This document shows, one piece after another, positions 50,726 to 62,520 of a stretch of DNA of 64,000 bases. The translations under genes were made by a program, and so were the position numbers. Origin of the DNA: Octopus sinensis (lineage: Eukaryota); the NCBI RefSeq assembly GCF_006345805.1, contig NC_042998.1, forward strand, positions 185,814,001 through 185,878,000, written 5' to 3'. The notes below the pieces were generated by a model. The model saw only the letters and a program-made list of their open reading frames with translations. It was not told where the DNA came from and ran no database searches. The first letter of the stretch is position 1; each line of letters begins with the position of its first letter.

Positions 50726-51035
50726 ATGTGTGTGTGTGTGTATGTGTGTGTATGTGTGTGTGTGGAGGCGCAATGGCCCTGTGGTTCGTAGGATCGCGTT
50801 TTCGAATGAGCGAAAACACCTAAAGAAAACACCTAAAGCTCCACGAGGCTCCGGCAGGGGATGGTGGCGATCCCTGCTGTACTCTTTCGCTACAACTTTC
50901 TCTCACTCTTTCCTCTGTTGGCCTGCTCGCTTAGCCAGCGGGGTGGCGTCATTTGAAGGTTAAAACAATGCGAAGCGCATTGTGACTAGCGATGTGTAGC
51001 AACATTTGATAGCCCGGTCGGTCACAGTGATCACG

Positions 51036-51040
<5 letters not shown>
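50372..51040 (+). mobile_element. Two SINE-C copies (50372-50630, 50763-51040) among (TA)n/(TG)n tracts
   Basis: Same head and body as 32672; tails end gtcacgtgatcacgtgat / gtcacagtgatcacggtgat. Confidence 0.9.
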
Positions 51041-51073
<33 letters not shown>

Positions 51074-51316
51074 CAAAACGTAGAGTAGATGAAACCATGG
51101 CGACTGAAGAAGGGGTTTTTTCTTTGTGTTAATTGTCCTGTACTCTATTTTCTTGTTGTTTAAAAAAATGTCCAGTTCCTTGGGTTGGTGTCTATGTTTT
51201 GGTTTCTCATTGTGTTCGACGTTTTTTTGGTGTCCTGTACTCATATATGCGTGTATATATACATGTAGAGGTAGGTACGTAGATATATGTATATATATAT
51301 GTATATGTTTTATTTA

Positions 51317-51350
<34 letters not shown>

Positions 51351-51717
51351 ATATGTGTGTGTATGTGTGTATGTATGTTTATGTGTGTGTGTGTGTATTC
51401 GATTAGAGGTTGTGCTTGCATCATGAAGGGATTTTTTCATCCAAGGAAATACTGGTTGAATACCTAATATTTTTGGGGAATTAATTATAGCAGACTATAA
51501 TAAATCCATAAACACATATAAAACATCCAAGGGTATATATTTTTTCCCCTCTGAAGATATTATGCTCAGGTCATACAAATTTAATATGTACTTAATATTT
51601 ACTGAGTATTAATTGAAACAGCTGTAAGGGATGATGACTAATTTGCTATTGATAATAAGCAATTATTAACTTCCCAATCTCCATTTTATTTTTCTTGAAC
51701 GCGACGCATCCATTTCC

Positions 51718-51749
<32 letters not shown>

Positions 51750-51754
<5 letters not shown>

Positions 51755-52120
51755 GATGGAAGCACTCCGTTGGTTACGATGACGAGGGTTCCGGTTGATC
51801 CGAATCAACGGAACAGCCTGCTCGTGAAATTAACGTGTAAGTGGCTGAGCACTCCACAGACACGTGTACCCTTAACGTAGTTCTCGGGGATTTCAGCGTG
51901 ACACAGAGAGACAAGGCCGGCCCTTTGAAATACAGTACACACAACAGGAAGTAAGAGTGAGAGAAAGTTGTGGTGAAAGAGTACAGCAGGGATCACCACC
52001 ATCCCTGCCGAGCCTCGTGGAGCTTTAGGTGTTTTTCGCTCAATAAACACTCACTACCGCCCGTCTGTGAATCGAAACCGCGATCCTACGACCGCGAGTC
52101 TGCTGGGCCATTGCGCCTCC
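51750..52120 (-). mobile_element. SINE-C with alternative tail
   Basis: Colinear with 47324-47707. Confidence 0.9.
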
Positions 52121-53319
52121 ATTCACACACATACATATATGTGTGTATGTGTGTGTGTATTCTTTTTCTTTTTACTTGTTTCAGTCATTTGTCTGCGACC
52201 ATGCTGGAGTACCGCCTTAAAGGGTTTTTTTTAAGTCGAAGAAATCTATCCCAGGACTTATTCTTTGTAAGCCTAGTACTTATTCTATCGGTTTCTTTTA
52301 CCGAACCGCTACGTTACGGAGACGTAAACGCACCAACATATATGACTAACTATATAAATTATCAACTACATGGTTGCTAATAGCAAATTTTTATCTACGC
52401 TGCCGGCTAAATGCAGCATCTATGATTTTTCAACCACTTTTAACTAAATCATTAACGACCGACCGATCATTTCCTCGCATGTAGTGCCAGTCGCTATTTG
52501 CTTCTGACGAAGATCAAAGAAGCAGAATTATATTTTAGTAATGCCGGACGATTTTCATCTGCTGCTAACGTATTTCTGTATTTGTTAACACTATACGTTC
52601 ATAAGAGACATGCTTTCTCGATGCAGATACTAGTTTTGTAGGTTTTCAATAATACATCTGTTTGAAGTTTGATATACAGATTGCTTTTGTCAAATGTGTT
52701 ATTTCTTTTTTAAAGATAGTAGCTAGTGTATGAGGATATGAGGGAAATTTGGTTGTTATTTCTGATAAGTCGACCGACTGCATTGTGGTTTCTCTGTTCT
52801 CTAGTAATACGGTTCGTTCTTATGTTTTGTAAACGGTCTACAACGAATTAGAGTATTTTATAGCGTCGCAAAGGAAAACTAGCATTCAAGGCATTTCCGT
52901 CCTTTGTAGTCTTATGAAGATCATAAACGTCACAAGATTCCTATTATTTTAGATCTGAATACATTGCGACTCTATAAGAATCAATATTTAAATAGGAAAT
53001 TCTTAAACCACACAATCTACCACCCACTTTCAATATCCTGTTAAAGTTTCTTTGCGCCGCTGACGCCCCCAAAGAAACGCAAGAACACAACCAGTTCCTA
53101 CTTCCGGTTTCCTATATCTTTGTAAAAAAGAGCATTATATTACACATATACTTAAAGACAGAGTATGCCGAGGGAACACACTCCCTTCGTGTCAAACATT
53201 TTCCAAACAAATGAATAGAAATAAGTGAAAAAAGGAACAGTCTGTTCTAACATGCAGCTGTGTGGTTTTGGGTCAAGATGTCAATGAATAATATAGTGAT
53301 AACGTCACCCACACCCAGT

Positions 53320-53322
53320 CCG

Positions 53323-53406
<84 letters not shown>

Positions 53407-53428
53407 CGTAGCTGTCTGTGCTTGTGCG

Positions 53429-53469
<41 letters not shown>

Positions 53470-53490
53470 TTATCTATCTATCTATCTGTC

Positions 53491-53522
<32 letters not shown>

Positions 53523-53575
53523 TTGTCTGTCTATCAAACTATCTGTCTATCTATCCGTCTGTCTGTTCATGTGCG

Positions 53576-53626
<51 letters not shown>
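53320..53626. repeat. (TCTA)n/(TCTG)n microsatellite, left flank of Tx1
   Basis: Direct reading. Confidence 0.95.
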
Positions 53627-53627
<1 letters not shown>

Positions 53628-55877
53628 AGGAAGAAGAGAAAACCAAAAGGGCTCATACCTCACCCCCCAAAACCCATACACCACATCCCAACTGTCACCA
53701 ACAAGCACCAATACCAACAACAAAATCAACACACTCAGTAATAGACCCCAATACCCTTCCCCTCCCGCCTTCTGATTCCTCCGACATGTCGTCAGATGAA
53801 GACGACATAGAGGATTGGCAAGTGGCCACAGGGAGAAGGAGAAAAAGGGTAAAAACAAAAAAGAATCGAGAAGCAGACAAAACAGGGAGGTTTACCACTC
53901 CCGAAACAAAAAACACCCGCAGAAAACAAAAGCATCAACACAAACATACAAACACCAAACGCCCCAACAATGTTGACAGCTATAAACACTAACAATCCAG
54001 ACCTAATGGAATACATTAGGTCAAACATAACAGAAAACGATACCAAAACAATCATCCACGCATAACACCACCACCACAACACATTAAAATCATACACAAA
54101 ACACAGAACACACACAGTCACTATTGCGGAAGCGGGCGACGCTGAGGGGCATCCCGCGAGAGCTGGGATGAGGGAGGAGCGTGTCTGCATACGCGGACGA
54201 CGTCACCGTGATAGTGTCGAGCCATACGCATATCGACCTGGTCGGCGAGACACTAAAAGAATACGAAGCGGTAACGGGAGAAAAAATTAACTGGGAAAAA
54301 GTCAGTGGGCTTGCGGATCGACACCTGGAGAAGCAAGCCCATGCCATAGAACAGCGTCTCCATCGTGGGACGCCGGACCGACGGATCGGTTAAATAGCTC
54401 GGAGTCTGGTTCGGTCCGGACCTCCAGTTAGAGAAGAACTGGGACGAGATAATGAGTAGGGTGACCACTCTCACCCAGCAATGGACCAAGAGGAAGCTAT
54501 CCATAAAAGGTCGGGCGGAGGTGGCGAACGCGTACATCACATCCGTTATCGATTACCATCTGACCGTCGTGCCTTGTCCCGACCCTAGCATCAGCAAACT
54601 GGAACGCATACTCTTCCGCTTTTTGTGGAAGGGAAGAGTTCCTATCGTTAGGCGATCCATTTGCTGTCTACACCCGCTAAATGGAGGGCTGGGCATGCCG
54701 TGGTTGATGATGCGCAGACATGCGCTGAGACTTCGCTTCATAGATGACGGTGAACAGGTGTGGTCGCCGTTTGTGCGGTGCGTTTTCCCGCAGCTTGTCT
54801 CTTTGGCCGAACTGCAGTCGTGGATCAAACAGAGACCGAGACTAGGCGAATGGCACCGCGAGTGTCGCCTTGCTCTCAAGCATTTCTGCCGTCCGGGACC
54901 AAACTTGTGCGACTTCAGTTCCACAAAGGCGTTTTATAGAGGATTAGTGCGTTTTATAGAGGGGAGGTGCGACGACGTTCTCGGGCAGAATCTGGACGTC
55001 GACGGGGAACATCTGACCCGCTTGTTCAGGTCAACTTTCGGGACCTATGAACAATCACCAGACATCCCTGGCCTGGCAGTGCTATCGAGAAGCATTGCCC
55101 GTTCGGGATAAGCTCTACAGGCACGGTTCAAAACACACCGGATCGACTTGTCCGAGATGCGGTCAGAGAGGCGAAACCGTTCTGCATGCACTCGTGCAGT
55201 GTCCAACCATTTCGGACCTGTGGGTTTATGTCGAACGGCTACTGTCACATGTGGTACGAATTCGGTTGTTGGCCGAGTCTGTCATGAAAATTGCTCCGCC
55301 ACCTTCCTTTAACCGGGGAGGCAAGGCAGTCTTCATCGTACTCGAAGCCATGGTGAAAGAATATGTGTGGTGGACTCGAGCGAAAGGTTTAGAGACAAAC
55401 ACTTTCCTCTCTGGCCAATCGCTCATCAACTTTTTCAAGTACCACTTGAAAAGGAAGTTGAGAATAGAGAGGCAAGTTATGTCTCGTGAAAGTTTCAATA
55501 AAAGGTGGGTGAATGTAGCAAAACGGTACGCGCGAATGACGAAACCACTTTGAGCATGATCCTGTAACCCCCCCCCCCCAAAAAAAAGCGACAGAGAGAG
55601 AGAGAGCACTTTGCTCTCTTGTGATTTTCCCTCCCTGCCTGAGGTTACCGTGGTCTTTTTCGTAGGCTTTTCTTTCCACGGATAAACCTAATCTGCTTTT
55701 AACTTTTGATATTCTCTGTGATACACAATCCCTTTTTATCGTTTTTTCCTTCTTTTTTTTTTTACACGATCCCTTTTGATCGTAAATTTATTTTCTCCTT
55801 ATTTTTTTTTCGAAAATAAAAGCTCTACATTGTATTTTGTCCCCTCTGTGTTCGGCCCTGTGTGGCTAATAAAGAAA
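53627..55877 (+). mobile_element. Tx1/L1-clade LINE relic (putative 5' leader and ORF1 start joined to the 3' third of ORF2 and 3' UTR)
   Basis: RT motif VSAYADDVTV (~54178-54208), KINWEK, LGVWFG, FLWKG...GGLGMP, and a C-terminal WQCYREALP...CPRCG...ETVLHALVQCP zinc finger; at least two frameshifts. The 3' UTR ends aataaagaaa. ORF1 identity of 53786-53992 is inferred from position only. Confidence 0.9.
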
Positions 55878-55879
55878 CT

Positions 55880-56070
<191 letters not shown>

Positions 56071-56975
56071 ATTCGTGTACGTCTATGTTTACTCTGATTG
56101 TATGTGTGTGCGCGCCCGCACTTACACATTCCATCACGTGTATTGACAGTTTATCTGGCGTAGTTTATCCGTCGTCAGGTTTCTCAGATGATGTTCACAA
56201 GGACACGAGACAAATTTGATAAACAGGGGTTTTCTACTGGCAATGGAAACCTGTTAGCTGACTCAGCTTGCAGAGAGAGCCTGCAGCCTAACACTACACA
56301 GCGGCTACTACAGTCTTGGATAGATATTCCAATAAATCCCTGTATTTTCCCACGTACCCCTGCACTGAGGTTACTGTCACCCTTTTCTGTGATAAGCCTA
56401 AAGGGTGGGGGATGCGTCACATGGCATATAAAAGAGTATAAGCGCCCCCCCTAAAGCCTTGTAATGACTTTTCTGTTATATCTCTTCAGATCACCTCATT
56501 GGAATGTCACCTCTGCTGCCGTTCAGTAGAGTCATGTGTTATTCTATTATTTATATTGTAATTGTTGTTGTTGAAGTAGAAATGGAGGGAATAGGGGTGA
56601 TGATGAGTGATGCTGTCTTTGTTTGCTCTTGTGCCGTATTCAGTTTTTTTTTTTGTTGCTGTTGTTCTCTTCTAATTGTTATTTTCATGCTATTTTAAAA
56701 TAGCGAGAAAAGTGTTCATTTTGTTCTCTGTCATTCATTTCACTTTTTTTTATCATTGTTACCATTATATTCGATTCAGCAGCCACTGTCATTGTTTCTT
56801 TGTTCAGGCTGTTTCATACCCAACTCATAAACCAAGGTCAGCTTTGCTTCGCATCCTCTCGGGGCGGAGTTCTTAAAATAAAGGACCGGTACAGGAGTCG
56901 ATTTTAATCAAGTAAACTCTCCTCCTTCGTTTCTGGCCCTGTCCCAAAATTTGAAACCGTCATCATCATCATCAT

Positions 56976-57375
56976 CAGCGAGCTTGCAGAATCGTTAGCA
57001 CGCCGGACGAGATGCTTAGCGGTATTTCGTCTGCCGTTACGTTCTGAGTTCAAATTCCACCGAAGTCGACTTTGCCTTTTATCCTTAACTTCATCGATAA
57101 ATTAAGTACCAGTTACGCACTGGGGTCGATGTAATCGACTTAATCCGTTTGTCTGTCCTTGTTTGTCCTCTCTGTGTTTAGCCCCCTGTGGGTAGTAAAG
57201 AAATAGGTATTTCGTCTGCCGCTACATTCTGAGTTCAAATTCTGCTGAGGTCGACTTTGCCTTTCATCCTTTCGGAGTTGATAAATTAAGTACCAGGGAA
57301 ATACTGGGGTAGATGTAATTGACCAAGCCCCTACCCCCAAATTTCAGGCCTTGTGCCTTTAGTAGAAAATATTAT
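56976..57375 (+). mobile_element. SINE-A dimer: head-body-Tx1-like tail-body-older tail
   Basis: Junction gtaaagaaataggtatttcg at ~57195-57215; the distal tail is aaatttcaggccttgtgcctttagtagaaa. Confidence 0.9.
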
Positions 57376-57680
57376 TATTACTGAGTGAGAGAGCAATACA
57401 TGCCATCAAATTGGCACTGGGGTTCAAATATACGAAGCCCAGTATACTCATCATTACTACCCGTCTGATAAAGGTACTCCAGACACATGCATCACAACCA
57501 TATGTGAGTGACATGGTGATCTTATGTCAAGACAAACAGCGCATAACCTTGCAGGTGGGATCCAGTTAGAATTTTCTTCTGGTCGAATAACTCATCCTGC
57601 TCAAAAGGTCCCTGAATAAGGTAAGTTTAAGGATGATGAACAAAACATCCATGTTTCCAGAGGTGAATTATTCAAACCCC
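57376..57680 (-). mobile_element. Unclassified retroposon 3' end with (TAA)n tail; short second copy at 58676-58732
   Basis: Shared tgagtgagagagca(a/g)t(a/g)cat(g/a)ccatcaaatt(g/-)gcactgggg after (TTA)n in both places. Confidence 0.55.
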
Positions 57681-58268
57681 GGTGGCACTTGTTTACCTGT
57701 CATGCTTCAAGAACTCTGCGACGCTGTTATCATCGTCATCATCACTAGTGCTTAAAAAGACATTGATCGTAAAAAAATAGAATCAATAAAATAGAATCAA
57801 TGACTATATCACCTCAGTTTTTTTTAGCTTTTAATACTGACGACAACTAAACACAAATATCCTATTAAAACCAACCCACAACCTATTCCAGTTAAAAGAA
57901 GAAAATTTCGCGCAACTTGGGTTCATGAAAAACCCTTTCTTTAGTTTAATAACTGCAACCTCATGCAGAGCCGTTTCGTCACCCTGCGCATATCTCACAG
58001 GTATGGTAATGCTTGGTTGACAGCATTATCATACTTGCAGAGTTTATTCCGAACCGGAAATAACAACGCGAAAGCGTTGCTAGATTATGGATCTCTGGAA
58101 GTTAGCTATAGTGCCTGGATTGAAATTCCTCTGGAACAGACTGTTTAATTCATCTTCGACGATACCCTGTCTCCTCGAAAACCTCATCGTTCATGCTTAC
58201 CACTAGCTTCTGTATAATGCAAAAGTTAATGCACCATGGGCTGTATTGCCACACTAGTAGAGAATTGC

Positions 58269-58311
<43 letters not shown>

Positions 58312-58349
58312 CTGATGATGGTGGTGATGATGATGATGATGATACAATG

Positions 58350-58570
58350 ATGGTTTCCAATTTCGGCACAAGACCATTAATTTTAGGGGAAGGGGTATAT
58401 TGATTGCACCGACCCTCAATGTTTAATTAGTACCTTATTTATTGATCTTGAAAGGATGAAAGGAAAAGTTGACCCCAGTGGAATTTGAACTCAGAATGTA
58501 AAGAATCAGAAAGCAAGCCGCTAAACATTTTGTCCAACGCCCAAACAGTTCTGCCAACTTGCCGACTTAA
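58350..58570 (-). mobile_element. Old SINE-A
   Basis: Degenerate head and body; tail next to (GAT)n. Confidence 0.75.
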
Positions 58571-58610
58571 CAATGATAATGATGATGATGATAATAATGA
58601 TAACAATAAA

Positions 58611-58667
<57 letters not shown>

Positions 58668-59399
58668 CATTATTATTATTGAGTGAGAGAGCAGTGCATA
58701 CCATCAAATTGACACTGGGGTAAAATATAAAAAAGAGATAATAATAATAATAATAATAATAATAATATAATAATAATAATAATATAATAATAATAATAAT
58801 AATAATCTCTTCTGTATTTGCTATGAAGTCGAGAAATGCGGAAACTCTGCGAGAACAATTTACAAAAATGGCGTGAGTGTTTAGTGTTCAGAAGTTGATA
58901 TCACAAGTAGGTTGGGTTTCGAATATAAAGAAATCTATTGTGAGGATCATCCGGTCGCATACTTCTTTTGACCGGGAAAATGCGGGCAGTTTTCCTCTGT
59001 TTGGTGATTATGACAAAAAAGACCGTATGGGGGACAAGGCTAAAAGAAACTGAGGACTGGCGCTTTTTTTCTCTTTTGTGAAGGCCTTATCAACTTCAAG
59101 TTCCACGCAAATAATGAGCAGCTGTTATTCAGTAAATATACAGAAGAGGAAGACTGGTGCTGATTGGAGAGTATAGTTCGGATTAATAGGTTCACACTCA
59201 GCATGTGCCGCTAGGTTAGGGAAAGGTAGTTAGAGTAATCCTTGGATATATGGGGTTCATTTATTGACCCTAAAAATATATGCATATATTTTCAAATTTT
59301 TCTCTTGTTCGATTCAATATCTCCTCTTAGCAATTGTTAAAAAAATTTGTTTTTGCAATCTTCCCTTCTCCTGTCATCCTTGTGTCAAATGAAGAAACG

Positions 59400-60345
59400 A
59401 TCGTGATCATCAACATCCTCATCATCGTCATTACCACCACCACCACCACCACCAACACCACCACCACCAACACCACCACCATCACTACCATTACCACTGA
59501 TGCCGCCGCCACCACCACCATCACCACCACCAACACCACCACCACCACCACCACCACCACCACCATTACCACTGATGCCGCCGCCACCACCACCATCACC
59601 ACCACCAACATCACCACCACCACCATCACTACCATTACCACTGATGCCGCCGCCACCACCACCATCACCACCACCACCATCACCACCACCAACATCACCA
59701 CCACCAACATCACCATCACCACCACCACCACCACCACTACCACCATCACTACCACCACCACCACCACCACCACCACACCATCACTACCATTACCACTGAT
59801 GCCGCCACCACCACACCACCACCACCACCACCACCACCACCACCACCACCACCACCACCACCACTACCACCATCACTACCACCACCACCACCACCACTAC
59901 CACCATCACCACCACCACCACCACCACTACCACCATCACTACCACCACCACCACCACCACTACCACCATCACTACCACCACCACCACCACCACCACCACC
60001 ACAACCATCACTACCATTACCACTGATGCCGCCACCACCACCACCACCACCACCACCACCACCACCACCACCACCATTACCACTGATGCCGCCATCACCA
60101 GCACCATCGCCACCACCACTGCCACCGCTACCACCACCACAAGCACTACACACTGCCATGACTACCACCACTACAACCATTACGACGACGACGACAACGA
60201 CGACGACGACGACGACCACCACCACCACCACCATCACCACAGCCATTATCACAGCCACCACCACCACCACCGATACTGATCTCGACGTGGTCACCGCCAC
60301 CACCACCGTCGCTGTCGTCTTCATCATTACCACTGTCTTCATCAT
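59400..60345. repeat. Long (ACC/CAC)n trinucleotide tract with higher-order subunits
   Basis: Recurrent atcactaccattaccactgatgccgcc subunit; source of the poly-T/H/P/V/G ORFs. Confidence 0.92.
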
Positions 60346-60749
60346 TATCATTACTAAAAAAAGACATTGACTGTAAAACAAAATCGAAAGAATAAAAACA
60401 GATATCAGCTTCACTTTTTCTTATTACTGACGAGGACTAAAAGCAAATATCTCATTACTCACAAAAAAAAAAGAAAAAAATTAAAAACAAATAATGAAAG
60501 AAAAATATCCTTCCTTGATACTAGTTATCAGAAGAAAAGCACTTCGGCAAACAACTGGGGGCTTGAAATATCGGTTCTATAGGTTAGCAGCTGCATCCCC
60601 ATAAGTAAATATGTGTATGTTCTTATGCATTTATTAAAAGAAATTTTCATGTAAACTGAATGTATTAAATGAAATCTTCGTGCATGTATATATGTATGTG
60701 GAGATTGGCGATGTACCATAAAAGAGGGAACACAAAGGAGTGACAGAGA

Positions 60750-60983
60750 GAGGGAGAGAGAGGGGAGAAATGGAAAGACAAGAAAAGACGTCAACAAGAA
60801 ACTATGACATGACAAACCAGCCAGGCAAAGTCTTCGCTACATTTGCGGCACCTGCCTGAGGGAGTGTTTGTCCAGGATAGAACTACACAGCCACAGCAGA
60901 TGTAAAAACCGGACTAGATTATTTTATGCACAACTCCATTGTCTCCCAAGGCAAAAAGGATGCCTACAACAAGAACAACAACA
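60750..60983 (+). mobile_element. RTE-BovB-type LINE 3' end
   Basis: Frame reads YICGTCLRECLSRIELHSHSRC, the RTE C-terminal CxxC...SRIGLxSH motif, followed by ccattgtctcc...ggatgcct and an (ACA)n tail. Confidence 0.8.
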
Positions 60984-60989
60984 TGTATG

Positions 60990-62356
60990 TCATTATTCAG
61001 TTTATTTCAAGATTTTTTGGCGATGGAGAAAGAACCAACCAAGATCCAAGGTTTCTTCATTGGAATTTCAACATCAACAACAGGGTATTTTTGTATGTAT
61101 GTATGTATGTATGTATGTATGTATGTATGTATGTATGTATGTATGTATGTATGTATGTATGTATGTGCAGATTTGTTTGTTTTATGTGTGTATTCTCATG
61201 CATATAGTTGCATATCTAGATATGCTCATATATATTTAAATGATAAACTTCTGGAAAGTTTTACAGATTTTTACAGTTCCAGTGATGGATTGGATCTGTT
61301 GTCTTCGAATTAGCTTTCTCCTTTCTGGTTTTGAGAAGCCTAATTTCTCAAGATTGGTATTTAGGCAGTGTGTTACACATCCCAGTGCCCCAATAATTAC
61401 AGGTATAAACCTGAACTTGTAATCTGGATAGAGTAACTGCAAATTTCTCGATAGTTCAGCATAGGTGTTCTCTTTTTCAGTGATCTTCAGCTTTATGTTA
61501 ACATCCGCTGGACAGCTAATTTCCACAACTGTACACAGTTTCTCTTCTTCATCCCAAATCATTATATCAGATCTGTTGTGCTTACATTTTATTGAGGCCT
61601 TCACTGGTTCATTCTGCCAATATTTCTTTTTCATTATGAGTGGCTATGGCTTCTACCATATTGTTGGTTTTTATTTCTTTGTCCTCGGGATTATCCTTCC
61701 GAGAGATTTCATTATATATTTCTTTACTGCCCACAAGGGGCTAAACATAGAGGGGACAAACAAGGACAGACAAAGGGATTAAGTCGATTAGATCGATCCC
61801 AGTGTGCAACTGGTACTTAATTTATCGACCCCGAAAGGATGAATGGCAAAGTTCATTATAGAGTGTCCTAGCTACAACGTCATGTCTCATCGCTAGATAA
61901 TACCGTGGTGACATTTTCAGACAACTGCTTATGATATGGGTGATATTTTCAGTGTGAACTCCACAAAGTCACATTTTTCTGTTATCCTTGCATCTCTATC
62001 CCTTTTGTCCATCAGGTATTGGTCGATATTTCCTGTTCCTGGATTGCAAATGCATACTCTTCAAAGTGGAACGTAGTAATCCGGCTATTGGTCCATGATA
62101 AACTGCTTTGATGATCGATGTTACTATCATCTCGGAGCTTTCTACTAACATATCCATACATAGTCTTCTGCTCATAAAGGCTCATCCTTTCATCTGATGA
62201 TACGTTGCGGTAGAGTTGTCCGACTTCTTTGGGCATGTATTCTAGGTTATCAGACAAAGAGTGTTGCTCAAGGAGCTGCCTTCCAAGTCTTATGATGTTA
62301 TCAACCTCATGTATGCAAACTTGGTCAAGGGATGCACTTCGACGCTTGGTAGTTAA
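60990..62356 (-). mobile_element. R4/Dong-type RLE LINE, 5'-truncated, with 3' UTR
   Basis: AFAIQEQEI, LCGVHTENITHIISSC...MRHDVVA (CCHC region), and ORF 61236-61634 KCKHNRSDIMIW...VEISCP...FIPVIIGALG. catac sequence flanks both ends. Confidence 0.93.
61716..61852 (-). mobile_element. 5'-truncated SINE-A with Tx1-like tail inserted in the R4 element
   Basis: TSD ttcattata on both sides (~61708-61716 and ~61852-61860). Confidence 0.88.
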
Positions 62357-62416
62357 TGTATGTATGTATAAATTGAAAGAGGGATGTGTATATATGTCTG
62401 TATTTATGTATGTATG

Positions 62417-62520
62417 TTATTATTCAGTTTTATTTCAATATTTCTTCTCAATAGAGAAAGAGTCGGTTTCTAACCTAGATCCAAGGCTCTTTTATTGGAA
62501 TTTCAACATCAACAGGGTGT
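62417..62520 (-). mobile_element. Solo R4 3' UTR fragment between (CATA)n tracts
   Basis: Homologous to 60990-61087 (gttgaaattccaat...ccttggatct...ttgaaataaa(a)ctgaataat). Confidence 0.85.

Noticed and set aside
51070-51120. Permuted hammerhead (ccttc aaaacgta ... ctgaagaagg)
   Set aside because: The GAAA element lacks its G and no stem I pairing is found.
53040-53110. Core promoter (hairpin gtttctttg/caaagaaac, TGACG, ACTTCCGG)
   Set aside because: Short motifs expected by chance; no downstream gene evident.
56130-56500. LTR or promoter (tataaaag at ~56427)
   Set aside because: No defined termini or second copy; a TATA-like word alone is not evidence.
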